This document shows positions 7,863 to 17,620 of a stretch of 64,000 bases of DNA, piece by piece. How positions within the stretch are numbered: position 1 is the first letter of the stretch; each line of letters begins with the position of its first letter. Made by a program: the position numbers and the translations under genes. Below the pieces are notes generated by a model, which made no database searches, was not told the origin of the DNA, and saw nothing but the letters and a program-made list of their open reading frames with translations. The stretch lies in the IMG/VR virus record IMGVR_UViG_3300029993_000005, positions 124,001 through 188,000 of that record. One strand, given 5' to 3'.

Positions 7863-9026
7863 ATGAGTGGATTAACATCGGCTATCAGCCAAGCAGTATC
7901 CCAAATTCAGGCTAATACCACGGGCAGCGTCAATGGTGCAATTCAGGGCCTAACTGGTGCTCAGGCTAACGCACGTAACGCCATTGCCTCAGGTATTAGC
8001 GGTGCAGTAAATAATACAGTGAAGGCCCTAAGCAGCACCGTAATAGGATCAGTTGGAAGCCTAATTCAAGGTAATGTGAGCGGAGCCTTGTCCAATCTGA
8101 CAAATGCCCCAGGTAACATCATCAGTTCGGCGTTAGCGGGCTTAGGTGGTCAAGCTAATGTCGCACTAAGCGGTGCTGGCTCCCTAGGCTCTATGGTCGG
8201 TATAGGCGGTGCTAATCCAGGTAATAGTTTGGGCGGTGCCAATGCAAGGCCTGATCCTTTATTGAGTTTCTGCTGGTATGCTCAGCTACCGGTAATTAGT
8301 CCGGGTTCCACCCAGAACGCAGCATCGGCTAGCACCACGTCAATTCTCAATAATTTAAGTTCGACGTTACTAACTGGTTTGTCCTCGTCTGTTGGCGGTG
8401 CCGTATCCACGTCTAATGCATCGTCCTTGCCCTGGTATTACGTTGAGGAAGCTGCATTACCTTTTCGTAACTACAGCCTCAAGTCTATTTTCAGAGAAGG
8501 TAGAGAACGTCATTACCCAGATCGCTACAACGTAGATCAGCTCAAGCTCGCAATTTATGCTGATTCGGATAACACCAGCACTCAGTATCTGCAAGCTTGG
8601 AACAACGCAATTATTACACCCTTTAGTTCGGCAACAGCAGCAACTCTAGCCGGTGGGTGGGGTAGACCCTCCGACTACAAGAAATCGATCTTTATCTACA
8701 TGCTTGACGTTACAAAAAACGTGCTGGCCATCATTGAGTACATCGAGTGCTGGCCTGTTACCATTGCCGAATACAACATGGATAGTGGAACATCGACGCG
8801 TATTGTTAACCACGTGAGTTTTAGTGTGGGTGACGTTTTCATTAACTTGATACCCGTACCCTCGACTTTCACCCAGAGCATAACCTCAAGTCTAAGTAAC
8901 AACGCAATAACTTCAGTGATTAACGGGTTTGCCAATTCTGGAATTTCAGGTGCTATTCAATCAGTGCAATCCTCAATTTCTAGTTTAGCACCAGCTGTTG
9001 GTTCGGCAATTAACGCAATATTTTAA
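7863..9026 (+). CDS. Tail tube-like / tube initiator protein (T4 gp19/gp54-like core) with Ser/Gly-rich flanks
   Basis: Core VEEAALPF...YPDRYNVDQLKLAIY...QAWNNAI...DYKKSIFIYMLD...ECWPVTI resembles the tube fold; heads the tail operon. Confidence 0.6.
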   Translation: MSGLTSAISQAVSQIQANTTGSVNGAIQGLTGAQANARNAIASGISGAVNNTVKALSSTVIGSVGSLIQGNVSGALSNLTNAPGNIISSALAGLGGQANVALSGAGSLGSMVGIGGANPGNSLGGANARPDPLLSFCWYAQLPVISPGSTQNAASASTTSILNNLSSTLLTGLSSSVGGAVSTSNASSLPWYYVEEAALPFRNYSLKSIFREGRERHYPDRYNVDQLKLAIYADSDNTSTQYLQAWNNAIITPFSSATAATLAGGWGRPSDYKKSIFIYMLDVTKNVLAIIEYIECWPVTIAEYNMDSGTSTRIVNHVSFSVGDVFINLIPVPSTFTQSITSSLSNNAITSVINGFANSGISGAIQSVQSSISSLAPAVGSAINAIF

Positions 9027-9066
9027 ACAATAAAATTTATTAAATCCTTTCCCTAGGAGTTTAGCT

Positions 9067-10332
9067 ATGAGCGGTAATAACAACCAAGGGGTTCCTGGTG
9101 GTCCTCCGGTCGTGCATCAGGTAACAACCATGGAATTTCCGAAAGAGAAACAGTTGGCACTGCAGGCCCGAAGCCAAGCAAAGAATACGTCTACTGCCCA
9201 TTTTCCTAATCAAAAAGGACAACCTGGATACAACAAACCTAATGTTCCAGTAATGCAGCCTGTGGCAAATAGTGAGTTGCAACGTTCGCATCAAGGACCA
9301 AGTCCGGCAGTGATTAATCATCAAGCATTAGTTGATCCAGGACTTCATGGTCTAGCACCAGTACAACGTGCGACACCAGCACCAGCACCAACACCTCTAC
9401 CTGAATCGGATACGAAAGTAGTTAGCCCAGAGTTGCAAGTTGAATCAACGTTGCCTGGATTCAGCACTGCCGTGGCTGATGGTGAATTTGTATCATTGGC
9501 ACTACCTTCGCGTTTTGCCTACTACGGTTTCAAAGATATTTATATCAAGCCCTTTGTGGCCAGACATTTGAGTAAGCTCCAACGGGCACACACAGAACGC
9601 TCACTTTTGCATATGGTAGAAGCTGTGTCTGACGTTATGTACACTTCGGATCCTGCCTATGGTGGTCAACCAATGGCCTTCTATTTGACGTTACCTGATT
9701 TCTTCTTTGCTCTGTATTGGCTGCGTATCAATGGCTTCACCAAGTCTAACTATACTCACACTACGGTCTGTAACAATCAAGACCATATTGATCAGGTAGA
9801 GATTCATGAACAACTTGCTGAGTTTAAGAAGGCTGTGGCGGCCGGAGAAATGACGCCAGAGCGTTATGCTGAACTCGAAGCACAGGCCAAGGCCCCAGAA
9901 ACACTGAAGATTAGTGAACTGATTCGCAACACTAATATTAAGGTTCGTCAGTTGGAGACCATTCCAGATCCGGAGGTCTTCCACTTCAGTGATACATCAG
10001 ATATGTACTTTAGACCACCAACCATGAAAGACGTGTTGGAAATGGCTGACCATCCTGACATGCGAGACAAGGATAAGCGTGTGGAGTTTGGATTCCTATC
10101 TGGTCTGGCCTCACACATCCAACATCGGGAATACGTATTGACCTTGGACCAAAGGCTATCTATTGTCGGTGAAGCATCTATGGACCAAGTGCAATTGATA
10201 AAAGATTTTGAAGAAGAACTCGCCCATTATGGCGTCGTCGAAACGGTAACTGTTACTTGCAAAGGGTGTGGCGCATCGAGGGTAAGCAAACTTACTCTCG
10301 GTGCGCACTCATTTCTTCCCCCTTACAAGTGA
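9067..10332 (+). CDS. Baseplate hub / tail assembly chaperone (T4 gp26-like)
   Basis: LALPSRFAYY...IKPF, C-terminal CKGCG Zn motif, position before tape-measure-like genes. Confidence 0.55.
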   Translation: MSGNNNQGVPGGPPVVHQVTTMEFPKEKQLALQARSQAKNTSTAHFPNQKGQPGYNKPNVPVMQPVANSELQRSHQGPSPAVINHQALVDPGLHGLAPVQRATPAPAPTPLPESDTKVVSPELQVESTLPGFSTAVADGEFVSLALPSRFAYYGFKDIYIKPFVARHLSKLQRAHTERSLLHMVEAVSDVMYTSDPAYGGQPMAFYLTLPDFFFALYWLRINGFTKSNYTHTTVCNNQDHIDQVEIHEQLAEFKKAVAAGEMTPERYAELEAQAKAPETLKISELIRNTNIKVRQLETIPDPEVFHFSDTSDMYFRPPTMKDVLEMADHPDMRDKDKRVEFGFLSGLASHIQHREYVLTLDQRLSIVGEASMDQVQLIKDFEEELAHYGVVETVTVTCKGCGASRVSKLTLGAHSFLPPYK

Positions 10333-10342
10333 TAAAGACATA

Positions 10343-10495
10343 ATGGACCGCTACATCTTGTTGGCTTCTGAGTTCAATATTTATCCTCCCGACACAATAC
10401 CTATCTACCGATTGCAACAACTGTCGGAAGCTGCGGCTGCGCGTAGGGACAGACGCATTGAGGCTGCACAACAAGGTCTAGTTTTCACTGGTTAA
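10343..10495 (+). CDS. Small tail assembly chaperone partner (gp51-like position)
   Basis: 50-aa ORF MDRYILLASEFNIYPP... directly after the chaperone. Confidence 0.45.
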   Translation: MDRYILLASEFNIYPPDTIPIYRLQQLSEAAAARRDRRIEAAQQGLVFTG

Positions 10496-10519
10496 TACTT
10501 AAATAGAGGCTGGACGGCT

Positions 10520-12412
10520 ATGCCACAATTCAGATCGGAAACAGAAAGAAAGAAGTGGGATAGCCTTCAAACCAGTGCGGGCGCTAGCTTGGCCAACATC
10601 ATTAAAGGCCAAGCTAGTGCCGCTGATTTTCAGAAAGTAAGTTCAGTGTTAAGTGGACTAAATACCCTGGCCCAGAATGTATTTGACGAGGCGATTAACG
10701 CAGCGTCAGTGCAGGCCCGTGTGTTCCAAGGTTACTATGAACGAGCGGTAGCCGAACGTAAAGTAGGTGACCTAACCGCATTTGAACTGGCGTTAAACGA
10801 AGCCTTGAAAGGTCAGGCCTCAGAATTAATAGAACAAATCCATGATGCAATAACACTGGAGTTGTTTCAACAGTCTGACGTTCTTGAAAAGTCGATGGGT
10901 GGTCGTTTTGATCATCTCCAGGAAATGCTACCTAAAGATGCGCCGTCAGTCAATGACCTGCTCTCAGCTAACGAATTGTTGGCCGAGAGGTTAGAAGCGA
11001 CCGATGATAGGAAGTGGGATGCGCGTCAAGGTGGGCTGGTTGACCGCATCCAGGACATGTTTAAGAGCGTGCTGTCTGACATTGCCGAGCAAGTGCAGAG
11101 GGCAAAGGCTAGACCCCAGTATTCCCAAAAATTGTTGACCCACGATCCTGATTCTGGACGTACCGTTGACATGGATACTGGGGCCTTAGTTAAAGCTCAG
11201 TCTTTAGTCAACGGGGGTCATCAGCTTGTTCCTTACACTGGGGATGATCCACAGCACACTGGAGATATAAACACTCGTGCTTCTTCTGCGTCTTCGATAA
11301 CAAATCAAGCACCACCTGTTATACAGCTATCACAGAAAGCCGAGCACCAGATAACCACAGCCGCCGACAATCAGACTTCGCTCTATAAGCAATTGATGGA
11401 CTTCTTAAAAAATCCATCAGCAAACAAAGGCCGAGGCTCAATGTTTGGTGGCCCAAGTATTCCAGATGCAGCTGAAGAGAATAACGAACAGGATAAGGCA
11501 GATACGTGGTGGCGTTCATTCAAGAACACGATGGGCGACAGTTTTAAAAAGGCAAAGGACTGGAGCAAAGATAATAAGGGCTGGGTAGCTGGGCTAGGTG
11601 ATACCTTAGCCGCAATGATTTTAGACCCAACATTGTTCCAGACTCTGGCTGACGACCTAGAGAAGTATCTGACATGGGACAAGCTCAAAGACGCAGCCGA
11701 GACCAGCTGGAACTACATTAAGAACAACGGTGTAGCCGCAGTAGACTGGGTACTGAAGAAATTAGGTTTAGGAAGCATTGAAGAAGCCAACAAAAATGTG
11801 ACAGAAAAAGGTCCGTTGGCCTCGACTATAGCTGCAGTCAAAGATAAGAATTCCAGTACATTGACCAAGATCGGTAATGCGCTGGTTTCACCTGACGAGC
11901 AGAAATGGATTAAGAAAAACGTTGTTGAGCCGATCACTAATCCTAAATCGACGGATTCAAAGACTGTAGGTCCCCCGAAATCGTCGATGAATGTTAAGTC
12001 TGATGTTAGCAATGCCTATAGTACGGCTTGGAATCTTTTGAAGTCCCCCTTCCAAAGTGATGCACAAGCCAGCAGTTCGTCGACTAGCAATCCAAGCGCA
12101 ATTCCAACGTCTAGTGCTTCGGGAACTGCTGCAAACACGACGGTAAACGGCAATAACAGGTCGACGGTGGTCAATTCAAACCTGACTGTAAGTCCCCCGA
12201 CTACGGGCACCTCATCAGTTCCAGCCAAACCCGTGGTCATGACGCCAGGATCTGCTAATCCAGCACCTGGAACAATGCCACAAACCGCCAATGGATCAAC
12301 AGCTAATAGACCTGCTGCGGGTACTCCACAAATAAGCTTGTCTACATTTGGTTTTACCTCTGGTGTTGACGACAGCTTGGCAATGATGAACACCACGTTC
12401 TTTACTAATTGA
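10520..12412 (+). CDS. Tape-measure-like tail protein
   Basis: Helical N-terminal region, W-spaced repeats, S/T/P-rich tail, position. Confidence 0.45.
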   Translation: MPQFRSETERKKWDSLQTSAGASLANIIKGQASAADFQKVSSVLSGLNTLAQNVFDEAINAASVQARVFQGYYERAVAERKVGDLTAFELALNEALKGQASELIEQIHDAITLELFQQSDVLEKSMGGRFDHLQEMLPKDAPSVNDLLSANELLAERLEATDDRKWDARQGGLVDRIQDMFKSVLSDIAEQVQRAKARPQYSQKLLTHDPDSGRTVDMDTGALVKAQSLVNGGHQLVPYTGDDPQHTGDINTRASSASSITNQAPPVIQLSQKAEHQITTAADNQTSLYKQLMDFLKNPSANKGRGSMFGGPSIPDAAEENNEQDKADTWWRSFKNTMGDSFKKAKDWSKDNKGWVAGLGDTLAAMILDPTLFQTLADDLEKYLTWDKLKDAAETSWNYIKNNGVAAVDWVLKKLGLGSIEEANKNVTEKGPLASTIAAVKDKNSSTLTKIGNALVSPDEQKWIKKNVVEPITNPKSTDSKTVGPPKSSMNVKSDVSNAYSTAWNLLKSPFQSDAQASSSSTSNPSAIPTSSASGTAANTTVNGNNRSTVVNSNLTVSPPTTGTSSVPAKPVVMTPGSANPAPGTMPQTANGSTANRPAAGTPQISLSTFGFTSGVDDSLAMMNTTFFTN

Positions 12413-12421
12413 GGACTATAC

Positions 12422-13999
12422 ATGGCCTACTCTATGATGGACGCGGCTCAACTCGTCCCACTTAGGGATGATCATGAAGCTGAACACTCTATGGGCGAAG
12501 CCTTGCTTCTCAAGCTAACAACAATGCCATTGGAGGATATGCTGAGTACTTTGGTGGTCCCTGTAAACCAGGTGAAGGACGACATCGTTTCTACCTGGCA
12601 GGGCCTAACCGAAATGTTCATGCAGAAACATGAAGACGAGGATGTGACTGCGTTCATTAGCAGAGGCGCTGCCGAAGCCCTAATTCAGTTTCAGGACGTA
12701 CACGAAACTGCAGTTACACAGGCCAAGCACAAGGATAAAAAGAAGCATCATTTCCTAGAGCGCCTGATCAAGCGTTGGATAAAAAAGGTTCTTAAGAAAA
12801 TAGCCAAAAAATTATTGAAAGAAGTTATTAAGCTAGGACGCTGGGTGATAGAGAAGATTTTCAAGAAGGCCTTTTCTGCCGTCATAGACTGGTTCGTTCG
12901 TCCAGTGTTGGTAGAAGTCTTAGAATTCATTGGTTTAAACCCCGAATTATGGCCCTTCGTTGCCGTGGCTGGTGGACTAGCTCTGTTGGGTGGTGGACTC
13001 TACGAACTGTTCTTTAAGTCGGGTGGTTCTGCCCCTCCTAGCGATGTCGGACCAGCCAATATTCCGGCTGTTAATGAGCAACATGGAGCCTCCACTTCAT
13101 TGACTGCGCCAGCTCCTTCTACTGTGTCACCCTCAGCAAAAACTGCTGCTCCTGCTCGTCCTTATGGCGGGGCCGTAGCTTCAATGGCCCCGGCTAGTTC
13201 TCGTGTGTCAGTAAGTGCGCCAGAAACAACTGAAACTTTATTGTCCAAGGGCAATCAGCTTTTAGGTAAGGAAAGCCTGACAGTTCAGCAGGCTATTGAG
13301 GAAGCTTCGAAAAGGGTTGGTGTTGACGCCGGTATTCTAACCGCGTTCGCGTACAAGGAATCAACGTTTGAGGCCGGAGCTAAGGCATCAACTTCTAGTG
13401 CTGCTGGTCTTTTTCAGTTTTTAAAAGGCACTTGGAAGCAGGTAGTTGGGGCTTACGGTGATATGTACGGAGTATCCCAGGATGCCTCACCCCTAGATCC
13501 TCTTGCAGCTGCAATCATGGGTGCTGCTTTCATTAAGCATGAAATCTATCCGTCGATCTCCAAAGTAGTTCCTAATCCAACAGTGACCGATTTGTATCTA
13601 GGTCATTTTATGGGACCCTCAGCGGGTGCTCATTGGCTTAAGAATTACAAAGATAATCCAAATGCTTTAGCCTATTTGGACTGGCCTGACGCAGCTGCTT
13701 CAAATCAATGGGTGTATTACGACAAAGGCGGTAATCCACGGACCTATGCAGAGATCTATTCTATTTTTACAGGGTCTATGTCTGCAGTTGAAGCAGCTTA
13801 CGACGCTAGAGCGAAAGTTAATACTACGACCAATTCCACGAGTATTAAGACGACGCCTAGCACTGCCACACCTGTAGCGCCTATCACAGGAACAGCCCCT
13901 GCGGGCACCGCGCAGGCTACAGGAGGACCTGTAGGATCGGATGCACCACCAAAAACATTAATCAATACGAAAGCTGGAATATACGCAGTTAATTCGTAA
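12422..13999 (+). CDS. Tail-associated lytic transglycosylase (SLT) with TM segment
   Basis: ASKRVGVDAGILTAFAYKESTF...SSAAGLFQFLKGTW...DLYLGHFMG SLT motifs. Confidence 0.8.
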   Translation: MAYSMMDAAQLVPLRDDHEAEHSMGEALLLKLTTMPLEDMLSTLVVPVNQVKDDIVSTWQGLTEMFMQKHEDEDVTAFISRGAAEALIQFQDVHETAVTQAKHKDKKKHHFLERLIKRWIKKVLKKIAKKLLKEVIKLGRWVIEKIFKKAFSAVIDWFVRPVLVEVLEFIGLNPELWPFVAVAGGLALLGGGLYELFFKSGGSAPPSDVGPANIPAVNEQHGASTSLTAPAPSTVSPSAKTAAPARPYGGAVASMAPASSRVSVSAPETTETLLSKGNQLLGKESLTVQQAIEEASKRVGVDAGILTAFAYKESTFEAGAKASTSSAAGLFQFLKGTWKQVVGAYGDMYGVSQDASPLDPLAAAIMGAAFIKHEIYPSISKVVPNPTVTDLYLGHFMGPSAGAHWLKNYKDNPNALAYLDWPDAAASNQWVYYDKGGNPRTYAEIYSIFTGSMSAVEAAYDARAKVNTTTNSTSIKTTPSTATPVAPITGTAPAGTAQATGGPVGSDAPPKTLINTKAGIYAVNS

Positions 14000-14011
14000 T
14001 AAGGTTTAATC

Positions 14012-14941
14012 ATGGCGAACTCAGCATATACCGTTTTGATCCAACAAATGGCAAACCCCAACGGGGCACCCACTATTTCTGTGCAGGCACCTATGCCAGA
14101 GACCGTGGCCTTTGATGTTGGAGCTACCTATGACCAACCTCTACTCCCAGGTTCCTCAGACAAGGGTGGTGTTATATCAAAGATAATGAAGGCTATGGGT
14201 GTCAGAGGTGCAGTTCAGGCGATGTCCGTCCAATTGTGGTCAGGTAATACGGAAACCGAACTCACTATTGAAATGGACTTCCATACTGAAAGTGATCCTA
14301 TAGCTGACGTCAGAACACCTATTTTGAATTTAATGAAGTTAGTGGTTCCTGGTATCGGCGATAAGTCAGGACTACTGTCTAGTCCTGGACCCTATGTTAA
14401 TTTTACGGTCCTAGGTGCCGCAATTGCTAATAGCGCATCAACCGTTGGAGCCGTAGCCGGGGGACTAGCCGGTTCAGCCGTGAGTGTAGGTAAGAACATT
14501 GTATCTGGTGCTTTAGGTACTGCCAATGGCACACCCCCGACTACAGGTTCGTTAAATAACACAGCACTTCAGACGAATGACGGGGCTAATAATTCGCAGG
14601 CAGCAACACCCACGGCTAATAATCTTATTGGGACTTCAGCATTTTGGAAATCTCAGATCAAGAATCAGATATCAATACGCATCGGTAATTACTTGTATTT
14701 CGACTCGGTAGTTGTTACCCGAGTCTCAAAAACTTACACCTCGAATTTTGATGCCCAGACAGGTCTTCCTCACCATGCAAGAGTAGCTGTTACGTTTAAG
14801 CCTCTCTTTATGTTGTGCCAATCTGACCTAGAGTCCTTGTACATTAATCCGACGGGTACTGCGGCACCCAGCACCAATAGCTTTACTATGCCTGGGGCTA
14901 ATGTAGGACCCTCGTCGAATAGTTTTAACTTTACCTTGTAG
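14012..14941 (+). CDS. Baseplate/tube-junction protein
   Basis: Position; IRIGNYLYFDSVVVTRVSKTY...ARVAVTF tube-like motif. Confidence 0.5.
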   Translation: MANSAYTVLIQQMANPNGAPTISVQAPMPETVAFDVGATYDQPLLPGSSDKGGVISKIMKAMGVRGAVQAMSVQLWSGNTETELTIEMDFHTESDPIADVRTPILNLMKLVVPGIGDKSGLLSSPGPYVNFTVLGAAIANSASTVGAVAGGLAGSAVSVGKNIVSGALGTANGTPPTTGSLNNTALQTNDGANNSQAATPTANNLIGTSAFWKSQIKNQISIRIGNYLYFDSVVVTRVSKTYTSNFDAQTGLPHHARVAVTFKPLFMLCQSDLESLYINPTGTAAPSTNSFTMPGANVGPSSNSFNFTL

Positions 14942-14949
14942 GCTAAACC

Positions 14950-15300
14950 ATGGCTCTAGAAAATTATACAGGTGACTACGATTGGTCAGCCTATACACCT
15001 TTGGACTCGACGGGCACCAATTACGATATCTTTAGTTCTGCCTACAAAAATGTACGATTCAATGTCCAGGTCCAGACTCAATATACAATTAAAACTAAGG
15101 ATATAGCTAACTTTCCGGGCTTAGCTTATACCTTGTACGGAGATACGTCGTTGTGGAGGGCCCTGCTAGCCTATAACGGGCTGTCTGACCCGATATCGGA
15201 CCTTGCCATAGGTATGGTTATCAATATCCCGGCCAAGGCCAGTCTAAGTGCCTATCTATCGCAGCAATCCACCAATAAACAGGTGACGATTAATATCTGA
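14950..15300 (+). CDS. LysM-like baseplate protein (T4 gp53 / P2 gpX-like)
   Basis: YTIK...LAYTLYGDTSLWRALLAYNGLSDPISDLAIGMVINIP. Confidence 0.75.
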   Translation: MALENYTGDYDWSAYTPLDSTGTNYDIFSSAYKNVRFNVQVQTQYTIKTKDIANFPGLAYTLYGDTSLWRALLAYNGLSDPISDLAIGMVINIPAKASLSAYLSQQSTNKQVTINI

Positions 15301-15315
15301 AGTGAAGGACTGATC

Positions 15316-16440
15316 ATGGCCTACGCGGTCCAGAACATATTAGAGGTATCGCTGTATATCAACAATATTGAATTCCCGTTAGACACAATCAACACGCTTA
15401 ATTTTCTATGGTTGGGTATGAGTGCTCGTAAGGCCCTGCTACCAACGTTTCATCTTTCGATATCCGATGTTAGACATAGTTTAGACAACATTGGTGTACC
15501 CGATGGAATTCCTATTAGGATTGTGGTGAAGCCCCAAGCATCGTCCACCATTATTTATAATTTTCGACAGTTCCATCACAAGAAACAGTTCAACGGAAGT
15601 TTCTTTAGCTACGAAATTGACGGCTATCTAGATTTTCCAAAATACTGGATGGGGACTTCTAATGTAGGAATTCAAGGAACGTCTAGCAGTGCTCTAGCAT
15701 CAATTGCCAATACCTGCGGCTTGCAGTTTAACGGTGCGTCCACCAACGATGCTCAGCTCTGGCTACCTAGGAACCAGACCTACGCTGAATTCGCATGTAG
15801 CATAGCCGACAGAGGTTACATCACGGATAGTTCTTACGTTGAATTGGGAGTGGACTTCACAGGCACTCTAATCTACAAGGACGTGAATAATCTCCCTACC
15901 TCACAGTACACAATAACTCTAGGCCAACTAGACCCGAGTAGTTTCACGGCATCAGACTATGAGCCTGTAGCGCGCTCAGGAATCGTCAATAAAATGACGG
16001 GTTACCAGAATACGAAATACGGACAGAGCATTAGTTCACAGACGGCTAGTACTAGCTTTGCTCAATTGGCGTTCACTCCGGACACGACGGCCCCGCTTTA
16101 TAACACGGCAATGGTGGGACAAATTGATAGAGGTTACTTATCGTATGGGGGCCTAGACGTTGGTAATACACATGAAAACTATGACAAAGCAAAATACCAG
16201 AATTTAAGATACAGCAATCTCTATAGTTTGGACGTCAAATTCTTGATGCGTATGCCCACAGGACTGAACCTATTCGACACCTTTACATTCAGTGTCGATA
16301 GCGAGGCAACAAAACAGGATAAAGCGTATGCCGGTACCTATATTGTGAGTGCCCGTTCACAGTTTATGACTGGTGCCAATTTCGCAGAGATGATACTGGG
16401 TACCAGGACCGGAACCAACGGCACGTATATTAGCGGATAA
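15316..16440 (+). CDS. Baseplate hub protein (gp27/gpD-like)
   Basis: Size and position between LysM protein and spike. Confidence 0.55.
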   Translation: MAYAVQNILEVSLYINNIEFPLDTINTLNFLWLGMSARKALLPTFHLSISDVRHSLDNIGVPDGIPIRIVVKPQASSTIIYNFRQFHHKKQFNGSFFSYEIDGYLDFPKYWMGTSNVGIQGTSSSALASIANTCGLQFNGASTNDAQLWLPRNQTYAEFACSIADRGYITDSSYVELGVDFTGTLIYKDVNNLPTSQYTITLGQLDPSSFTASDYEPVARSGIVNKMTGYQNTKYGQSISSQTASTSFAQLAFTPDTTAPLYNTAMVGQIDRGYLSYGGLDVGNTHENYDKAKYQNLRYSNLYSLDVKFLMRMPTGLNLFDTFTFSVDSEATKQDKAYAGTYIVSARSQFMTGANFAEMILGTRTGTNGTYISG

Positions 16441-16444
16441 GATC

Positions 16445-16774
16445 ATGACTCCAATGAACTTTGTTAAGCGCTTCAAGAAAGAATTAATTGAAGTGTCAAA
16501 CGTCTTTGGCCATTTGAAAAGTTCTTACGTTGATGAATCATTGGCTCGTGGCTATGGATTCCGCACCTACGCAGCACTTGTAGCTAGGCTTAAAGACGAG
16601 CCCTTATGTGAGCTTCACCCTGAGCTGTTTGATTATCAGGCATTTAGTGAACGGTTTATTGAACTCGATGGACATAAGCTCAAGGCACAGGTAGCGACAG
16701 AAACAGCAAGAACTATTTTGCCAGTATTATCTAGGACATATCATGAGCTTCAAAGCACACAACGAAACAATTAA
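16445..16774 (+). CDS. Hypothetical protein inserted in baseplate operon
   Basis: 109-aa charged ORF with LARGYGFRTYAALVA motif, unlike structural neighbours. Confidence 0.5.
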   Translation: MTPMNFVKRFKKELIEVSNVFGHLKSSYVDESLARGYGFRTYAALVARLKDEPLCELHPELFDYQAFSERFIELDGHKLKAQVATETARTILPVLSRTYHELQSTQRNN

Positions 16775-17354
16775 TAGCCGTGAAGACTATGGTCAAGGTT
16801 ATTACGCTGGAACAGTAACCGCAAACCAGGATCCCAAAGGTTTAGGTATGGTTCAAGTCAACGTACCGGGACTTTTTGATACCTCTAGTGGACCAGTTCC
16901 TTGGGTAGGTGCCTTAAAAGACTCTCCCTTTGGTTTTGGAACTGGACCCAAAGGACAATATGGCTGGTACGGCAGTCCACAGGTAGGCTCCAAGGTCAAG
17001 GTTGAGCTTCAGGGTGGTGACCCACACAGGCCGCTCTATACAACGCTGTACACAGCACCTGACGCTAATTCGGTATTTGCACAGCCATATACCTGGGGTT
17101 TTCAAGATCCCTCAGGTAACAGCCTTGTAGTCAATATGCAAACAGGAACTTGGACTTTTACTCATTCATCTGGTGACCAAGTAGCCTATGACGCTACCGG
17201 TGATCGCGTGACTCTTATTCAGGGTAACGAAAATCTGAATGTGCAAAAGGCTATGACCGTAATCGTTCAAGGTAACTGTCAAGTTTATAGCAATACCCGC
17301 ATAGACATTCAGGCTCCGCTTACTACACTAAACTCAATTCCTCCGGCACCTTAA
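16743..17354 (+). CDS. Baseplate central spike (gp5/gpV-like OB fold + beta-helix)
   Basis: YAGTVTANQDPKGLGMVQVNVPGL...PW...PQVGSKVKVELQGGDPHRPLY. Confidence 0.85.
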   Translation: MSFKAHNETINSREDYGQGYYAGTVTANQDPKGLGMVQVNVPGLFDTSSGPVPWVGALKDSPFGFGTGPKGQYGWYGSPQVGSKVKVELQGGDPHRPLYTTLYTAPDANSVFAQPYTWGFQDPSGNSLVVNMQTGTWTFTHSSGDQVAYDATGDRVTLIQGNENLNVQKAMTVIVQGNCQVYSNTRIDIQAPLTTLNSIPPAP

Positions 17355-17356
17355 TC

Positions 17357-17617
17357 ATGGGACAAACTGCACGTCAAATGGATACACATAGTCATGGCGG
17401 CTATATTCTAACTGGTAGCCCAGATACCTATGCCAATGGTATTCGGGTTGCACGTCAAGGTGACTTAGCTATTTGCAATATACATGGAGTAGTGACCTTA
17501 ATTCAGGGTTCGGCTACCGTTTATGCTAATGGGGAACGAGTTACACGCGTACAGGACATGCTCTCGTGCGGTGCTTTCATAATTACAGGTAGTCCGGATG
17601 TTTATACGGGTGATTAA
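17357..17617 (+). CDS. PAAR-domain spike tip protein
   Basis: ARQMDTHSHGG..TGSPDTYANGIRVARQGD..C..HG...GSATVYANG..VTRVQD.LSCG. Confidence 0.9.
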   Translation: MGQTARQMDTHSHGGYILTGSPDTYANGIRVARQGDLAICNIHGVVTLIQGSATVYANGERVTRVQDMLSCGAFIITGSPDVYTGD

Positions 17618-17620
17618 ATC

